A DNA stretch of 59,845 nucleotides from an uncultured Dehalococcoidia bacterium (GTDB lineage Bacteria; Chloroflexota; Dehalococcoidia; GIF9; UBA5629). Where the stretch lies: contig CAIYTC010000239.1 of assembly GCA_903929005.1 (NCBI GenBank), forward strand, positions 1 through 59,845. The letters are read 5' to 3'. This document shows, in pieces, positions 16,995 to 28,013 of the stretch. The notes below the pieces were generated by a model. That model did not search any database. It was given only the letters and a program-made list of their open reading frames with translations, and was not told where the DNA came from. Position numbers and translations under genes: made by a program. The first letter of the stretch is position 1; each line of letters opens with the position of its first letter.

Positions 16995-17825
16995 TTGGCT
17001 TTAAAGACATTTCGCCCTACATCCCCCGGGCGCCGCGGAATGGTGAAGATATCGTTTGACGATATTACCAAGACGACGCCGGAAAAAGCCCTGTTAGTGC
17101 CGGCGAAGAAGAAAGCAGGCCGGAATAGCAGGGGGGTTATAACGGTGCGCCACAGGGGCGGTGGGGCCAAGCGCATGACGCGCATAATAGATTTTAAGCG
17201 TAATAAGCTGGGAGTGCCCGGCAAGGTGGCCGCCATTGAATATGATCCCGGGCGGTCCGCACGCATTGCCTTGATTTTTTATGCCGATGGCGAAAAGCGC
17301 TACATGCTTTGCCCGCATGGATTGGGCGTCGGTGATACCATATTAGCCGGTGAAGGCGCCGAAATTAAACCTGGCAATAATCTGCCGCTGGGGAGTATCC
17401 CGGCCGGGACCATGATACATAACCTTGAATTTGAACCCAACAAGGGCGGTCAGATAGTAAGGAGCGCCGGCACATCTGCTCAGTTACTGGGCCGGGAGGA
17501 TAAATACTGCACGGTGCGGTTGCCCTCCGGGGAAGTACGCCGCTTTATTAATGAATGCAGAGCTACCATAGGGCAGGTTGGAAATCTTGACCACCAGAAT
17601 ATTAAACACGGTAAAGCAGGACGGATACGCTTGCTGGGACGACGGCCCAAGGTGAGGGGTTCTGCTATGAGTCCCCGTGATCATCCGCATGGGGGCGGCG
17701 AAGGCAGGTCGCCGCGCGGTATGCCTCCCAAGACACCGCAAGGCAAGCCGGCATTGGGACACAGGACACGTGCCGGCAAACCGTCTGATAGACTGATTGT
17801 AAGGCGCCGGTACGCCGATAAATAA
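16995..17825 (+). CDS. rplB: 50S ribosomal protein L2
   Basis: TTG start. [14 protein letters not shown]...RHRGGGAKR...[14 protein letters not shown]. Confidence 0.97.
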   Translation: MALKTFRPTSPGRRGMVKISFDDITKTTPEKALLVPAKKKAGRNSRGVITVRHRGGGAKRMTRIIDFKRNKLGVPGKVAAIEYDPGRSARIALIFYADGEKRYMLCPHGLGVGDTILAGEGAEIKPGNNLPLGSIPAGTMIHNLEFEPNKGGQIVRSAGTSAQLLGREDKYCTVRLPSGEVRRFINECRATIGQVGNLDHQNIKHGKAGRIRLLGRRPKVRGSAMSPRDHPHGGGEGRSPRGMPPKTPQGKPALGHRTRAGKPSDRLIVRRRYADK

Positions 17826-17840
17826 AGAGGTAAATAAAGA

Positions 17841-18131
17841 ATGTCACGTTCAGCGAGAAAGGGTCCATACTGTCATCCGAAGTTGCTGAAAAAAATAGAA
17901 GCGCTTAATAAGAAGGGCGAAAAACAGGTGATTAAAACTTGGGCTCGGGCTTCCACCATAATGCCGGAAATGCTCGGCCACACCATCGGTGTGCATGATG
18001 GAAGGCGACACGTACCGATTTTTATAACTGAAAATATGGTTGGGCATAAACTGGGCGAGTTTGCCATGACCCGCACATTCCGCGGTCATGTTGGTAAGTC
18101 TGTAGCCGCAGCACCGCTCAAGAAGAAATAA
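17841..18131 (+). CDS. rpsS: 30S ribosomal protein S19
   Basis: [17 protein letters not shown]...[29 protein letters not shown]. Confidence 0.97.
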   Translation: MSRSARKGPYCHPKLLKKIEALNKKGEKQVIKTWARASTIMPEMLGHTIGVHDGRRHVPIFITENMVGHKLGEFAMTRTFRGHVGKSVAAAPLKKK

Positions 18132-18142
18132 GCAGGTAAGAA

Positions 18143-18481
18143 ATGAGAGTTGGATCAATAGCTAAAGATATCGGGATACCGCCCCGCAAGGTAAAGCTTG
18201 TGGTGGATATGGTGCGCGGTAAAAAAGTTGAAGATGCGCTTAATATACTGAAGTTCACGCCCACCCCCGCAGCTAAAGCTATTGCGAAGGTTATTAAATC
18301 TGCCTCATCTAATGCGGAAAATAACTACCAGATGGATCCCTCCGCATTAAAGGTCGTTTATATCGTGGCTGACGAAGCCCGCACCATGAAAAGGTTCAGG
18401 CCTCAGTCACGGGGTCGTTTCAGCCCTATATTGAAACGTGCCACGCATATCAAGGTTTTCGTTTCCGAGGAGGAAAAATAA
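18143..18481 (+). CDS. rplV: 50S ribosomal protein L22
   Basis: PRKVKLVVDMVRGKKVEDALNILKFTP...RFRPQSRGR...THI. Confidence 0.96.
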   Translation: MRVGSIAKDIGIPPRKVKLVVDMVRGKKVEDALNILKFTPTPAAKAIAKVIKSASSNAENNYQMDPSALKVVYIVADEARTMKRFRPQSRGRFSPILKRATHIKVFVSEEEK

Positions 18482-19153
18482 GTGGGACATAAAGTGCATC
18501 CCTACGGTTTCAGGATCGGCATAATACGGGACTGGAAGGCCAAGTGGTTTAATGAGAAGCATTACATGGAAACGCTGCATGATGATCTGAAACTGAGAAA
18601 AGAAATTAAATACAGGCTTCGTGAAGGTGCAGTCGCCCGGGTCGAGCTTGACCGCCAGGGGAACGATATCATTGTAACCATCTTCACGGCCCGCCCGGGT
18701 ATTGTGATCGGCAGGGGCGGACAGCGTGCCGAAGAGTTGAGGGCTCAGTTGGAAAAGCTCTGTGGCAAGAAAGTTAAATTGTCGATAAAGGAAGTCGGAC
18801 AACCTGAGACGGAAGCGGCACTTGTGGCACGTAATATTGCAGACTCGCTGGAAAGGCGCGTAGCTTTCAGGCGTGCTATGAAACAAGCAGCTTTCAAGAC
18901 CAGGCAGGCCGGCGCCAAAGGCGTAAGGATAAGCTGTGCCGGCAGATTGGGAGGCGCTGAAATTGCCAGGCGCGAAACCGTCCGTGAAGGCCGGTTACCC
19001 CTGCATACGCTGTGTGCAGATATTGATTACGGCGTTGCAGAAGCTGCTACCACAATGGGGAACATCGGCGTCAAAGTTTGGATTTACAAGGGCAACATTA
19101 TACCTGAAGTAAGGAGAGAAAGTGTTACAACCGAAACGAGTGAAATATCGTAA
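18482..19153 (+). CDS. rpsC: 30S ribosomal protein S3
   Basis: GTG start. [22 protein letters not shown]...[12 protein letters not shown]. Confidence 0.97.
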   Translation: MGHKVHPYGFRIGIIRDWKAKWFNEKHYMETLHDDLKLRKEIKYRLREGAVARVELDRQGNDIIVTIFTARPGIVIGRGGQRAEELRAQLEKLCGKKVKLSIKEVGQPETEAALVARNIADSLERRVAFRRAMKQAAFKTRQAGAKGVRISCAGRLGGAEIARRETVREGRLPLHTLCADIDYGVAEAATTMGNIGVKVWIYKGNIIPEVRRESVTTETSEIS

Positions 19154-19562
19154 GTGCCACCGCGGCCACCTGCGTGGCAAGGCACAATCCGGTAATACTA
19201 TTGTCTTCGGTGATTTCGGTATGCTGGCAGAGGAAGGCCACTGGATCACGTCAAGGCAAATTGAAGCCGCACGCCGCGTAATAGTGCGTTACCTGCGCCG
19301 CGGCGGGCAGGTGTGGATACGCATCTTCCCGGATAAATCGGTCACCAAGAAGCCGGCGGAAACCCGTATGGGCAGCGGTAAAGGCTCAGTCGACCACTGG
19401 GTGGCTGTGGTAAAACCCGGCAGGATGCTATTTGAAATTGGCGGCATCAAGGAAAATATGGCGAAAGAAGCGCTTAACATGGCAGCCTATAAATTGCCCA
19501 TTAAAACCAGGTTTGTAGCACGTGTAACACTTAAAGAAGAGGCAAAAAGTGAAACTCAGTGA
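19122..19562 (+). CDS. rplP: 50S ribosomal protein L16
   Basis: GTG start. [15 protein letters not shown]...[19 protein letters not shown]. Overlaps the rpsC end by 32 nt. Confidence 0.96.
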   Translation: MLQPKRVKYRKCHRGHLRGKAQSGNTIVFGDFGMLAEEGHWITSRQIEAARRVIVRYLRRGGQVWIRIFPDKSVTKKPAETRMGSGKGSVDHWVAVVKPGRMLFEIGGIKENMAKEALNMAAYKLPIKTRFVARVTLKEEAKSETQ

Positions 19563-19746
19563 AATCAGGGCGTTTGGCGACGCCGAACTGCAAAAAAAAT
19601 TGGAGGAAGCTCACCAAGAGTTGTTTAACCTGCGCTTCAAGCTGGCAACCAAGCAGCTGGTAAATCATTGCGAACTGCCCAGGGTAAAGAAAAGGATCGC
19701 CAGGATAAACACGATAATAACCGAGAGGGAGCTTGGCAAGCTATAA
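19549..19746 (+). CDS. rpmC: 50S ribosomal protein L29
   Basis: GTG start. [25 protein letters not shown]...RVKKRIARI. Confidence 0.95.
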   Translation: MKLSEIRAFGDAELQKKLEEAHQELFNLRFKLATKQLVNHCELPRVKKRIARINTIITERELGKL

Positions 19747-19749
19747 AAA

Positions 19750-20049
19750 ATGGAAAAGAACCGCAAAATCAGGATCGGTAAGGTAACCAGCAATAAGATG
19801 CAAAAGACGGTTGTTGTGCAGGTTGAAAACCTGCGCAGGCATCCGCTGTATCACAAGGTTGTCAGGCATTCCTCCAGTTTTAAGGCGCATGATGAAGACA
19901 ATATGTGCAACATCGGCGACGTGGTGAAAATCGTGGAGAGCCGGCCGCTGTCTAAAGACAAAAGGTGGCGGATCGTGGAAATAATTCAAAAAGCAGACAT
20001 AATCGGTGTCTTAAAGGACGATTTAACACAGGTAAACCAGGAGAACTGA
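19750..20049 (+). CDS. rpsQ: 30S ribosomal protein S17
   Basis: [29 protein letters not shown]...[26 protein letters not shown]. Confidence 0.96.
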   Translation: MEKNRKIRIGKVTSNKMQKTVVVQVENLRRHPLYHKVVRHSSSFKAHDEDNMCNIGDVVKIVESRPLSKDKRWRIVEIIQKADIIGVLKDDLTQVNQEN

Positions 20050-20050
20050 A

Positions 20051-20419
20051 GTGATTCAGACGTTAACCAGACTAAAAGTTGCGGATAATACGGGTGCGCG
20101 CCAGGTGATGTGCATTGGTGTGCCGGGGGGCACACGCAGGCGATATGCTTCTGTAGGTGATGTGATCACCTGCAGTGTGAAGCGCGCCATTCCTGGCGGC
20201 ATGGTTAAGAAAGGTGATGTCGTCAAGGCCGTTATCGTCAGGATTGCGCAGCACCACCACAGGCCGGACGGGTCCTATGTGCGTTTTGATGATAATGCCG
20301 CGGTAATACTGGACGACAAGGGCAACCCGAAGGGGACACGTATTTTCGGACCGGTGGCCAGAGAATTAAGGGATAAGAATTTTATGAAGATTATTTCTCT
20401 CGCTCCAGAGGTGCTTTGA
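20051..20419 (+). CDS. rplN: 50S ribosomal protein L14
   Basis: GTG start. [17 protein letters not shown]...RFDDNAAV...[12 protein letters not shown]. Confidence 0.97.
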   Translation: MIQTLTRLKVADNTGARQVMCIGVPGGTRRRYASVGDVITCSVKRAIPGGMVKKGDVVKAVIVRIAQHHHRPDGSYVRFDDNAAVILDDKGNPKGTRIFGPVARELRDKNFMKIISLAPEVL

Positions 20420-20420
20420 G

Positions 20421-20732
20421 ATGAAAATTCATAAGGATGATACTGTGCTCATCATAGCCGGCAAGGATAGGGGTAAAAAGGGCAAGGTACGCAAGGCCCT
20501 GCTGCATAAAGATAGTGTAATAGTGGAAGGCTTCAACCTGATTAAACGCCATTCTAAAACCAAGGGCAAGACCAGGCAGGCCGGGATAATCGAGCTTGAG
20601 GCGCCTATCCACATTTCAAACGTGATGATAATCTGTAATAAATGCAATAAACCGGCCCGCGTTGGATCCAGGGTACTTGAAGATGGCAAAAGGGCCAGGT
20701 ATTGCCATAGCTGCTCCGAAATCATTGATTAA
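20421..20732 (+). CDS. rplX: 50S ribosomal protein L24 (with C-terminal Cys4 knuckle)
   Basis: KIHKDDTVLIIAGKDRGKKGKV...EAPIHISNV is a KOW domain. CNKC...CHSC lies at the C-terminus. Confidence 0.96.
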   Translation: MKIHKDDTVLIIAGKDRGKKGKVRKALLHKDSVIVEGFNLIKRHSKTKGKTRQAGIIELEAPIHISNVMIICNKCNKPARVGSRVLEDGKRARYCHSCSEIID

Positions 20733-20749
20733 TTTGAGGTAACCCGATA

Positions 20750-21292
20750 ATGGCAAGGCTTAAAGAAAGATATAATAAAGAAATAGTACCGCAACTGATA
20801 AAAAAGCACGGTTATAAAAACGTCATGGAAGTGCCCAGGGTCAGCAAGATCGTGCTTAACCTCGGCATGGGCGAATCGCTGGCCAACCCCAAGGCGATGG
20901 AAGCCGCGGAAAAGGATTTGACGACAATTGCCGGCCAGCATGCCGTAATTACTAAAGCCAAGAGGTCAATTGCCGCGTTTAAGCTGCGCGCAGGCACACC
21001 GATCGGCATGATGGTTACATTGCGGGACCAGAGGATGTACGAATTCCTGGATAAACTGGTCAGCGTTGTCCTGCCACGCATACGTGATTTCCAGGGGGTG
21101 CCGCGGGACGCTTTCGACGGGCAGGGCAATTACACCCTTGGCCTGAAAGAGCAGATCGTGTTCCCTGAAATTGAGTACGACAAAGTGGATAAGACCAGGG
21201 GACTTGAAATAACCATAGTTACTTCTGCCAAGACAGATGAAGGCGGCAGGCATTTGCTGGAAGCAATCGGCATGCCGTTTAAAAAAAATTAG
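20750..21292 (+). CDS. rplE: 50S ribosomal protein L5
   Basis: [36 protein letters not shown]...[18 protein letters not shown]. Confidence 0.97.
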   Translation: MARLKERYNKEIVPQLIKKHGYKNVMEVPRVSKIVLNLGMGESLANPKAMEAAEKDLTTIAGQHAVITKAKRSIAAFKLRAGTPIGMMVTLRDQRMYEFLDKLVSVVLPRIRDFQGVPRDAFDGQGNYTLGLKEQIVFPEIEYDKVDKTRGLEITIVTSAKTDEGGRHLLEAIGMPFKKN

Positions 21293-21304
21293 TAAGGTAA
21301 AAGA

Positions 21305-21490
21305 ATGGCGAAGCTTTGCAAGATTAATAAAGCCAACAAGGCACCCAAATACAAGGTGCAGCAGCATAGCCGCTGCAAGCTGTGTGGCAGGCCAAGGGCA
21401 TACATGCGTAAATTCGGAATGTGCCGCATATGCTTCCGCACCCTGGCCCTCAACGGTGAATTGCCCGGGGTGCGGAAATCAAGCTGGTAA
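21305..21490 (+). CDS. rpsN: 30S ribosomal protein S14, zinc-binding type Z (61 aa)
   Basis: [22 protein letters not shown]...[11 protein letters not shown]. Confidence 0.96.
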   Translation: MAKLCKINKANKAPKYKVQQHSRCKLCGRPRAYMRKFGMCRICFRTLALNGELPGVRKSSW

Positions 21491-21514
21491 TATAGTTAGC
21501 GGAGTTGTGTATCA

Positions 21515-21907
21515 ATGGTTACTGATCCGATTGCTGATTTGTTGACCCGAGTACGTAATGCTGCCATGGCACGCCATGACAGCGTGATGGTACCTGCTTC
21601 TAAAATGAAAATTGAAGTAGTAAAAATCCTTAAGGATGAAGGTTTTATCGTCAATTATTCCATTGTGAAGGGCGATCCGCAGAACATGATTAAAATTACG
21701 CTCAAATATATTGATAAGCGTCCTGCCTTTATAGGCCTTGAGCGTGTTAGTAAGCCCGGCCTCAGGTTATATACCGGCAAAAGGGAGATACCCAGGGTTT
21801 ACGGCGGCCTCGGTATAGCAATTATCTCTACACCCAAGGGCCTGCTGACGGGACAGGAAGCATGGAAAAGGAACCTGGGCGGTGAAATATTATGTTATGT
21901 ATGGTAA
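21515..21907 (+). CDS. rpsH: 30S ribosomal protein S8
   Basis: [15 protein letters not shown]......ILKDEGFI...GGEILCYVW. Confidence 0.97.
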   Translation: MVTDPIADLLTRVRNAAMARHDSVMVPASKMKIEVVKILKDEGFIVNYSIVKGDPQNMIKITLKYIDKRPAFIGLERVSKPGLRLYTGKREIPRVYGGLGIAIISTPKGLLTGQEAWKRNLGGEILCYVW

Positions 21908-21929
21908 TTGAACTCTGTGAGGTGAACCT

Positions 21930-22484
21930 GTGTCTCGTATAGGACGGATGCCCATTGACATCCCTGCCGGCGTTAAAATTAAAATCGATGGCAGGCAGGT
22001 TACTGTTGAAGGGAGCAAAGGTAAATTAACCCGCGAATTCCATGCCGATATTAAGATTACCCAGGAAAGCGGGAAATTGCTGGTTGCGCGGCCCAGCGAT
22101 AACAGGCTGCACCGCTCGCTGCACGGTTTGAGCAGATCTTTGCTGTCAAATATGGTAGATGGTGTTACCAAGGGATATGAGAAGAACCTTGAGTTAAGCG
22201 GTGTGGGTTACCGGGCGCAAAAGACAGGCAATATGCTTACACTGCAGATCGGGTACAGCCACCCGGTGGAATTTGATGCGCCCCAGGGCATAGATATCAT
22301 TGTCGAAGGGACCAACAAGATCCGCATAGCCGGTGTTGATAAAGAACTCGTTGGCGAAACGGCAGCTGAAATCAGGCGTATCCGCATCCCTGACGCTTAT
22401 AAAGGCAAGGGTGTTAAATACGCTGGTGAGAGGCTTCGCTTGAAGCCCGGTAAAGCCGGCAAGACAGCTACGAAAGGGAAATAA
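21930..22484 (+). CDS. rplF: 50S ribosomal protein L6
   Basis: GTG start. [16 protein letters not shown]...GVGYRAQ...IGYSHPVEF...[14 protein letters not shown]. Confidence 0.97.
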   Translation: MSRIGRMPIDIPAGVKIKIDGRQVTVEGSKGKLTREFHADIKITQESGKLLVARPSDNRLHRSLHGLSRSLLSNMVDGVTKGYEKNLELSGVGYRAQKTGNMLTLQIGYSHPVEFDAPQGIDIIVEGTNKIRIAGVDKELVGETAAEIRRIRIPDAYKGKGVKYAGERLRLKPGKAGKTATKGK

Positions 22485-22486
22485 TA

Positions 22487-22852
22487 ATGCCTAAAGTAAG
22501 TTCGAATATAGCCAGAAAAAGGCGTCATGCACGTATCAGGGTCAGGGTTTCGGGCACGCCCGGGCAACCGAGGCTTTGCATTTTCCGCAGCCTGTGCAAT
22601 ATATATGCCCAGATAATAGATGATGCCAGCGGTACGACGTTGACTTCGGCTGATAGCTTGAATGCTGATTTGAAAAAGCAGTTAAAAGGAAAGAATAAAA
22701 CACAGGTTGCCGAATTGATAGGTTCTGAGTTGGCCAAAGGCGCCCGGGAAAAAGGGATCAGCGTGGTTGTATTCGACCGCGGCGGCTACAAATACCACGG
22801 CAGGGTCAAAGCGCTGGCTGAGGCGGCTCGTAAAGCCGGTTTAAAATTCTGA
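22487..22852 (+). CDS. rplR: 50S ribosomal protein L18
   Basis: [35 protein letters not shown]...[28 protein letters not shown]. Confidence 0.97.
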   Translation: MPKVSSNIARKRRHARIRVRVSGTPGQPRLCIFRSLCNIYAQIIDDASGTTLTSADSLNADLKKQLKGKNKTQVAELIGSELAKGAREKGISVVVFDRGGYKYHGRVKALAEAARKAGLKF

Positions 22853-22862
22853 GGATTTGAGT

Positions 22863-23405
22863 ATGAAAGCAGCGACGAAAACACATTCAATAATGCCAAG
22901 GGTGGATATCAGCGATATGGAGTTCACGGAGAAGCTGGTTTCACTGGACCGCGTTACCAAGGTGGTAAAGGGCGGCAAAAATATGCATTTCCGCGCTCTG
23001 GTAGTAGTCGGTGACGGCAAAGGCCATGTCGGAGTGGGATTGGGAAAGGCGAGGGAAGTCCCCGAAGCTATACGCAAGGCCGGTGTGGCAGCCAAAAGGA
23101 ATGTTATCAGCGTGGTTTTCAGGGATAATACCATCCCGCATGAGAGTTTTTCCAAATTCGGCGCTGCCAGGGTCCTGCTCAAGCCGGCATCCCCCGGCAA
23201 AGGTGTGATCGCAGGCGGCGGGGTGCGCGCAGTGGTTGAGGCCGCAGGTGTCAAAGATATTTTGACTAAATCACTGGGATGCGCTAACCCGGTAAATGTT
23301 ACCAAAGCGACAATTCTGGCACTGGCCAACCTTAGAGATATAAAAGAAAGCGTCCAACGAAGAAAAGGACAGCCGGGAGATGAGGAGGTAAAGGCAAGTG
23401 GCTAA
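22863..23405 (+). CDS. rpsE: 30S ribosomal protein S5
   Basis: [55 protein letters not shown] lies 7 nt upstream of ATG 22863 but only 1 nt upstream of the track start TTG 22857, so 22863 is preferred. Confidence 0.95.
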   Translation: MKAATKTHSIMPRVDISDMEFTEKLVSLDRVTKVVKGGKNMHFRALVVVGDGKGHVGVGLGKAREVPEAIRKAGVAAKRNVISVVFRDNTIPHESFSKFGAARVLLKPASPGKGVIAGGGVRAVVEAAGVKDILTKSLGCANPVNVTKATILALANLRDIKESVQRRKGQPGDEEVKASG

Positions 23406-23592
23406 AATACGCATCAAGTGGATAAAAAGCGATATCGGATATGCCAGCGACCAGAAGCGCACCTTGAAGGCGCTGGGTTTTCACAGGCTCAACGGAGTGG
23501 TCGAAAAGGAAGATACTCCTGTTATCAGGGGAATGATAGCCAAAGTTAACCATATGCTTGAAATTGAAGAGAAAGAACATGGATCAAAGTAA
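23398..23592 (+). CDS. rpmD: 50S ribosomal protein L30
   Basis: GTG start. [49 protein letters not shown]. Confidence 0.94.
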   Translation: MAKIRIKWIKSDIGYASDQKRTLKALGFHRLNGVVEKEDTPVIRGMIAKVNHMLEIEEKEHGSK

Positions 23593-24022
23593 TTTAAAGC
23601 CTCCGGCAGGAGCAAAACATAAAAAGAAGCGTGTCGGCTGCGGAGATGGCAGCGGGCATGGTACTTTTTCTACGCGTGGATGCAAAGGTCAGAAGTCGAG
23701 GGCGGGCAGAGATCTGCGCCCGGGCTTTGAAGGCGGCCAGCTTCCTATTATTAAAAGGTTACCCTGGACCAGGGGCTTTACCAATGTGGCTAAGATCGAG
23801 TATAGCCTGGTCAACGTAGGGGATTTAAGGCTGTTTGACGCCGATGCCGAGGTAAGCCTGGAAGCACTGGTGGAGTCAGGGTTAGTAAAAATTGCCAGGC
23901 TGCCCGTTAAGATACTCGGCAGCGGCGAAATTGACCGACCCCTTACAGTTAAAGCCCATAAATTTTCAGCAACTGCGAAAAGCAAGATCGAAGCGGCCGG
24001 CGGTAAGGTAGAGGAGATCTAA
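23579..24022 (+). CDS. rplO: 50S ribosomal protein L15
   Basis: [36 protein letters not shown]...[16 protein letters not shown] 23579 gives the usual L15 N-terminus; the track start is TTG 23558. Confidence 0.93.
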   Translation: MDQSNLKPPAGAKHKKKRVGCGDGSGHGTFSTRGCKGQKSRAGRDLRPGFEGGQLPIIKRLPWTRGFTNVAKIEYSLVNVGDLRLFDADAEVSLEALVESGLVKIARLPVKILGSGEIDRPLTVKAHKFSATAKSKIEAAGGKVEEI

Positions 24023-24023
24023 G

Positions 24024-25340
24024 ATGCCGCAGACACAATCAAGGCCACGCCTGATTCAGGCTATGATAGATGCGTTCTCACTGCCTGACCTCAGGCAAAA
24101 ACTAATTTTTACCCTGGCCATGCTGGTCATTTTCCGCTTTATTGCACATATTCCCATCCCCGGTGTGGACGTCGCAGCGCTGCAGAAGATATTTGAACGA
24201 AGCCAGTTGCTGGGCATGCTCGATTTATTTAGCGGCGGCGCCATGAGGTATTTCAGCATTGCTGCCATGGGCGTATACCCGTATATCACTTCGTCGATCA
24301 TCATGCAATTGCTGGTGCCCGTGATACCTGCTTTGCGCAGGCTTTCAGAGGAAGGAGAGGGCGGCAGGAACAGGATCAACCAGATAACACACTGGCTAAC
24401 GGTCCCCCTGGCTGCCTTGCAGGGTTTTGCGCAGCTGCAGCTTTTGCGCAGCCAGGGCGGCGTGCTCCAGGCAGGTCCCCTTGAAACAGTAGCTATTATA
24501 GCGTCCTTAACGGCAGGTACCATGATATGTGTCTGGCTGGGTGAGCTTATCACCGAGCGGGGCATAGGTAATGGTGTATCCATTATAATCTTCGGCGGCA
24601 TTATCGCCGGGTTGCCGGAGCAGATCGGGCGAGGCATGATTGCCAAGGACAATTGGGCAGGCGTCGGTGTATTTGTGATTTTGGCTTTAGCCACGGTCGT
24701 TTTGATAGTGATCTTTACGGAGGGGCACCGCCGCATACCAGTACAATACGCGCGGACTGCTTTCAGGGGCGGCAAGATGTACAGGCAGGGGGGTTCCACT
24801 TATATCCCGTTGCGGGTCAATATGGCGGGCATGATCCCGCTGATCTTTGCCATGTCCCTGATGATATTCCCCGGCACTATTGCCAGCTATCTGGCTGCAC
24901 CGGCGGGTCAGGATCCCAATTTCGCCAATACCATCATGGAATGGTTCAACCCCAGCGCCCCACTACCGGTCGGGCTATTTTACTGGATATTTTATTTTGC
25001 GCTGGTCGTAGGGTTCACGTTCTTCTATACCATGGTTATTTTCGAGCAGATGGACCTGGCGCGTACCCTGCAAAGGCAAGGCGGGTTTATACCCGGTGTA
25101 AGGCCGGGCAAGCCCACCACGGATTATTTAAATGGCGTTATTAACCGTCTGACCTGGGGTGGATCGCTCTTCCTTGCCATTGTGGCCATAATGCCTTTTA
25201 TCGCCGGTCATATTACTAACGCATCAGTGATGGTGTTATCCAGCACAGCTATCCTCATCGTCGTGGGCGTAGCGCTGGATACAATGAAACAGATAGAAGC
25301 GCAGCTTACCATGCGGCGCTATGAAGGTTTCTTGAAGTAA
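24024..25340 (+). CDS. secY: preprotein translocase subunit SecY
   Basis: 438 aa with 10 predicted TM segments. Motifs LRQKLIFTLAMLVIFR, GMGVYPYITSSIIMQLL, GNGVSIIIFGGI and RRYEGFLK. Confidence 0.97.
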   Translation: MPQTQSRPRLIQAMIDAFSLPDLRQKLIFTLAMLVIFRFIAHIPIPGVDVAALQKIFERSQLLGMLDLFSGGAMRYFSIAAMGVYPYITSSIIMQLLVPVIPALRRLSEEGEGGRNRINQITHWLTVPLAALQGFAQLQLLRSQGGVLQAGPLETVAIIASLTAGTMICVWLGELITERGIGNGVSIIIFGGIIAGLPEQIGRGMIAKDNWAGVGVFVILALATVVLIVIFTEGHRRIPVQYARTAFRGGKMYRQGGSTYIPLRVNMAGMIPLIFAMSLMIFPGTIASYLAAPAGQDPNFANTIMEWFNPSAPLPVGLFYWIFYFALVVGFTFFYTMVIFEQMDLARTLQRQGGFIPGVRPGKPTTDYLNGVINRLTWGGSLFLAIVAIMPFIAGHITNASVMVLSSTAILIVVGVALDTMKQIEAQLTMRRYEGFLK

Positions 25341-25354
25341 GGAGGATTTGAAAA

Positions 25355-26014
25355 ATGTTCTTTATATTGCTTGGAGCGCCCGGGGCGGGGAAGGGTACCC
25401 AGGCAGATATTATAGTTAAGGAAATGTCCTTGCCACATGTGGCTTCCGGCGACCTGTTCAGGCAGGCTCTTAAGAGTGGGAGCGAACTTGGCAAGCAGGC
25501 GGAATCCTACATGAAAGCCGGCAAGCTTGTGCCCGATGAGGTCACGATAAAAATGATACTCGAACGCATCTCGCAGGCTGATTGTAAGAACGGTTGCGTC
25601 TTTGACGGTTTCCCCCGCACGCTTGAGCAGGCCAAAGCGCTCGATGCTGCCCTGGGAAAACAGGGCCAAGTTATTGAGAAGGCCATCTATATAGAGGTTC
25701 CCGAAGGTGTATTGCTGGACAGGCTGACGGGGCGCTGGGTATGCCGCACCTGCCAGTCACCCTATCACCAGGAGAACCAGCGGCCCAAAAAAGAAGGCGT
25801 CTGCGACAAGTGCGAAGGTGAGCTCTATCAGAGGGCAGACGACAAGGAAGAGACCATTAAAGAGCGCCTCAAGGTTTACTTCGCCCAGACCATGCCGCTG
25901 CTTGATTATTACGATAAAATGGGCAGGTTATTCAAGTGTAATGGCAATCAGCATATCGGCGAAGTGGGTAAGGACATCGTTAAGTTCCTTAAAGGACTGA
26001 AACAGAAAAAATAG
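25355..26014 (+). CDS. adk: adenylate kinase (Zn-binding LID)
   Basis: LLGAPGAGKGTQA P-loop, GDLFR, DGFPRT, and LID cysteines CRTC...CDKC. Confidence 0.96.
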   Translation: MFFILLGAPGAGKGTQADIIVKEMSLPHVASGDLFRQALKSGSELGKQAESYMKAGKLVPDEVTIKMILERISQADCKNGCVFDGFPRTLEQAKALDAALGKQGQVIEKAIYIEVPEGVLLDRLTGRWVCRTCQSPYHQENQRPKKEGVCDKCEGELYQRADDKEETIKERLKVYFAQTMPLLDYYDKMGRLFKCNGNQHIGEVGKDIVKFLKGLKQKK

Positions 26015-26764
26015 ATGACTATCATCAAATCGTCCGAAGAAATCGCTGTTATGCGGGAGGCTGGCAGGATTGTAGCGATAGTGTTGCAGAAAATGAGCGA
26101 AGCTGTGAAACCCGGTTTAAAAACCAAACAACTAAATGACCTTGCTGAGAAGGAATTAAGCAGATGGGGTTCTGCGCAGGCTTCGTTCAAGGGCTATCAT
26201 GGTTTTCCTGCCAGTATCTGTGTTTCGGTCAACGAAGAGGTCGTTCACGGGATACCCGGTAACAGGGTTTTAAAAGAAGGTGATATAGTTTCATTGGATT
26301 TCGGCGTTGTATATAAGGGGTTCCAGGGTGATGCCGCCCTCACGGTTGGTGTCGGTAAGGTCAGCCCGGAAGCCGCCAGTCTGATGGAAGCTGCGCAGGC
26401 ATCCCTATCACAGGGGATCAATGCCGCCCGTGACGGTGGCAACCTGGGTGATATAGGCGCCGCCATACAGTGTTATGTTGAGTCAAGGGGTTACAGCGTG
26501 GTCAGGGAATACTCAGGGCATGGCATTGGCCGGGACATGCACGAGGACCCGCTGGTCCCCAATTTCGGCTGGAAAGGTCAGGGTTTAAAGCTGAAGCAAG
26601 GGATGACCCTGGCCCTTGAGCCGATGGTAAACATGGGCAAATGGGAAACGCGCCCGGATGCTAACGGCTGGACGGTGCACACGGCTGACAGCAGCCTGTC
26701 GGCACATTTTGAGCATACGATCGCCATCAGGAGTGACGAAGCCGAAATTTTGACCGTATTGTGA
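26015..26764 (+). CDS. map: type I methionine aminopeptidase
   Basis: VVHGIPG...DFGVVYKGFQGDAA...HGIGRDMHE...LEPMV...EHT are the metal ligand motifs. Confidence 0.96.
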   Translation: MTIIKSSEEIAVMREAGRIVAIVLQKMSEAVKPGLKTKQLNDLAEKELSRWGSAQASFKGYHGFPASICVSVNEEVVHGIPGNRVLKEGDIVSLDFGVVYKGFQGDAALTVGVGKVSPEAASLMEAAQASLSQGINAARDGGNLGDIGAAIQCYVESRGYSVVREYSGHGIGRDMHEDPLVPNFGWKGQGLKLKQGMTLALEPMVNMGKWETRPDANGWTVHTADSSLSAHFEHTIAIRSDEAEILTVL

Positions 26765-26773
26765 AATTGGTAT

Positions 26774-26992
26774 ATGGATAAAAAAGAAGCTATCGAGGTC
26801 GAAGGAACTGTCATTGAATCATTGCCCAATGCTACTTTCAGGGTGGAACTGGCCAATGGTCACAAGGTTCTGGCGCATATATCAGGAAAAATGCGCAGGC
26901 ACTACATCAGGATACTTCCGGCAGACAAGGTACTGGTTGAGCTTTCACCTTATGACCTCACGAGGGGCAGAGTCACCTACCGGTTCAAGTGA
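26774..26992 (+). CDS. infA: translation initiation factor IF-1
   Basis: [66 protein letters not shown]. Confidence 0.97.
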   Translation: MDKKEAIEVEGTVIESLPNATFRVELANGHKVLAHISGKMRRHYIRILPADKVLVELSPYDLTRGRVTYRFK

Positions 26993-27008
26993 GAAAGCGA
27001 AGCTTGTT

Positions 27009-27037
27009 TTGACATAAAGTGAATAAAGGTTTATATT
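27009..27037 (+). promoter_or_regulatory. internal sigma70-like promoter ahead of rpmJ-rpsM-rpsK-rpsD-rpoA-rplQ
   Basis: TTGACA (27009-27014), 17 nt spacer, TATATT (27032-27037), in the 83-nt infA-rpmJ gap. Confidence 0.5.
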
Positions 27038-27075
27038 ATTAAGCGGTTTTTTTGGAAAACGAGGATATATCGGAA

Positions 27076-27189
27076 ATGAAGGTCAGAGCTTCAGTTAAAA
27101 AACGTTGTGAAAAGTGTAAAATAATCCGGCGACGCGGCGTTGTCAGGGTGATTTGCGTTATTCCCAAGCATAAGCAGCGCCAGGGATAG
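27076..27189 (+). CDS. rpmJ: 50S ribosomal protein L36 (Zn-binding form), 37 aa
   Basis: [42 protein letters not shown] lies 10 nt upstream. It is not in the ORF track because it is under 60 aa. Confidence 0.95.
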   Translation: MKVRASVKKRCEKCKIIRRRGVVRVICVIPKHKQRQG

Positions 27190-27209
27190 GCACAGGAGTA
27201 GAATAGAAC

Positions 27210-27599
27210 ATGGCTCGTATTGCAGGCGTAGATATACCGCGGGAAAAACAGGTACTGTTTTCAATCCAGTATATTCATGGGATCGGACCGAGTATCAGTA
27301 AAAAGATATTATCGACCCTGAAGATAGATCCGGCCAAGAAAGTTAAGGATCTTACGGATGAGGAAGTCAGCCGTATACGTGAGAGGATCGACAAGGATTA
27401 CAACGTCGAGGGTGAGCTGCGTAAAGAGGTCACCATGAATATCAAGCGGCTGATCGAGATAGGCAGCCGCCGCGGGGTAAGGCACAGGAGGAACCTGCCG
27501 GTGAGGGGGCAGAGGACCCGTACCAATGCACGCACCAAGCGTGGAGCCAAAAAGACGGTCGCCGGGCGCGGACAGAAGCGCGGCGCTACCAAGAAATAA
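27210..27599 (+). CDS. rpsM: 30S ribosomal protein S13
   Basis: [26 protein letters not shown]...[22 protein letters not shown]. Confidence 0.97.
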   Translation: MARIAGVDIPREKQVLFSIQYIHGIGPSISKKILSTLKIDPAKKVKDLTDEEVSRIRERIDKDYNVEGELRKEVTMNIKRLIEIGSRRGVRHRRNLPVRGQRTRTNARTKRGAKKTVAGRGQKRGATKK

Positions 27600-27616
27600 A
27601 GGAGTAACCAGGTAAG

Positions 27617-28009
27617 ATGCCGCAGAAAAAAAGGGTCAGGACTAAAAAACGCGAACGCAAGTTGGTACATGAAGGCAAGGCCTTCATCACATCGACTTTT
27701 AACAATACTATTATCACGTTGACCGATCCTAAAGGCGGCGTGATCTCCTGGGGCAGTTCAGGTACAGCAGGGTTCAAAGGGTCCCGCAAGGGTACCCCGT
27801 ATGCGGCGCAGATGGCCGCACAGGGAGCTGCTGTCAAGGCCAAGGAACATGGCCTGCGCCAGGTAGAAGTGTTTGTACGCGGCCCCGGGAGCGGCCGTGA
27901 AGCTGCTATCAGGGCGCTACAGGCAGCGGGCATAGTAGTCACGGGTATAATGGACGTAACACCTGTACCGCATAACGGCTGCAGGCCAAGAAAGAAAAGG
28001 CGAGTATAA
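27617..28009 (+). CDS. rpsK: 30S ribosomal protein S11
   Basis: [44 protein letters not shown]...[18 protein letters not shown]. Confidence 0.97.
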   Translation: MPQKKRVRTKKRERKLVHEGKAFITSTFNNTIITLTDPKGGVISWGSSGTAGFKGSRKGTPYAAQMAAQGAAVKAKEHGLRQVEVFVRGPGSGREAAIRALQAAGIVVTGIMDVTPVPHNGCRPRKKRRV

Positions 28010-28013
28010 AGAA

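Noticed and set aside
20634-20714. Cys4 motif (CNKC...CHSC) at the C-terminus of L24, plus Zn-type S14, L36, S4 and Adk LID.
   Set aside because: Zn-ribbon versions of these proteins are well known; Thermus L24, for example, has CPAC...CAKC. Not novel.
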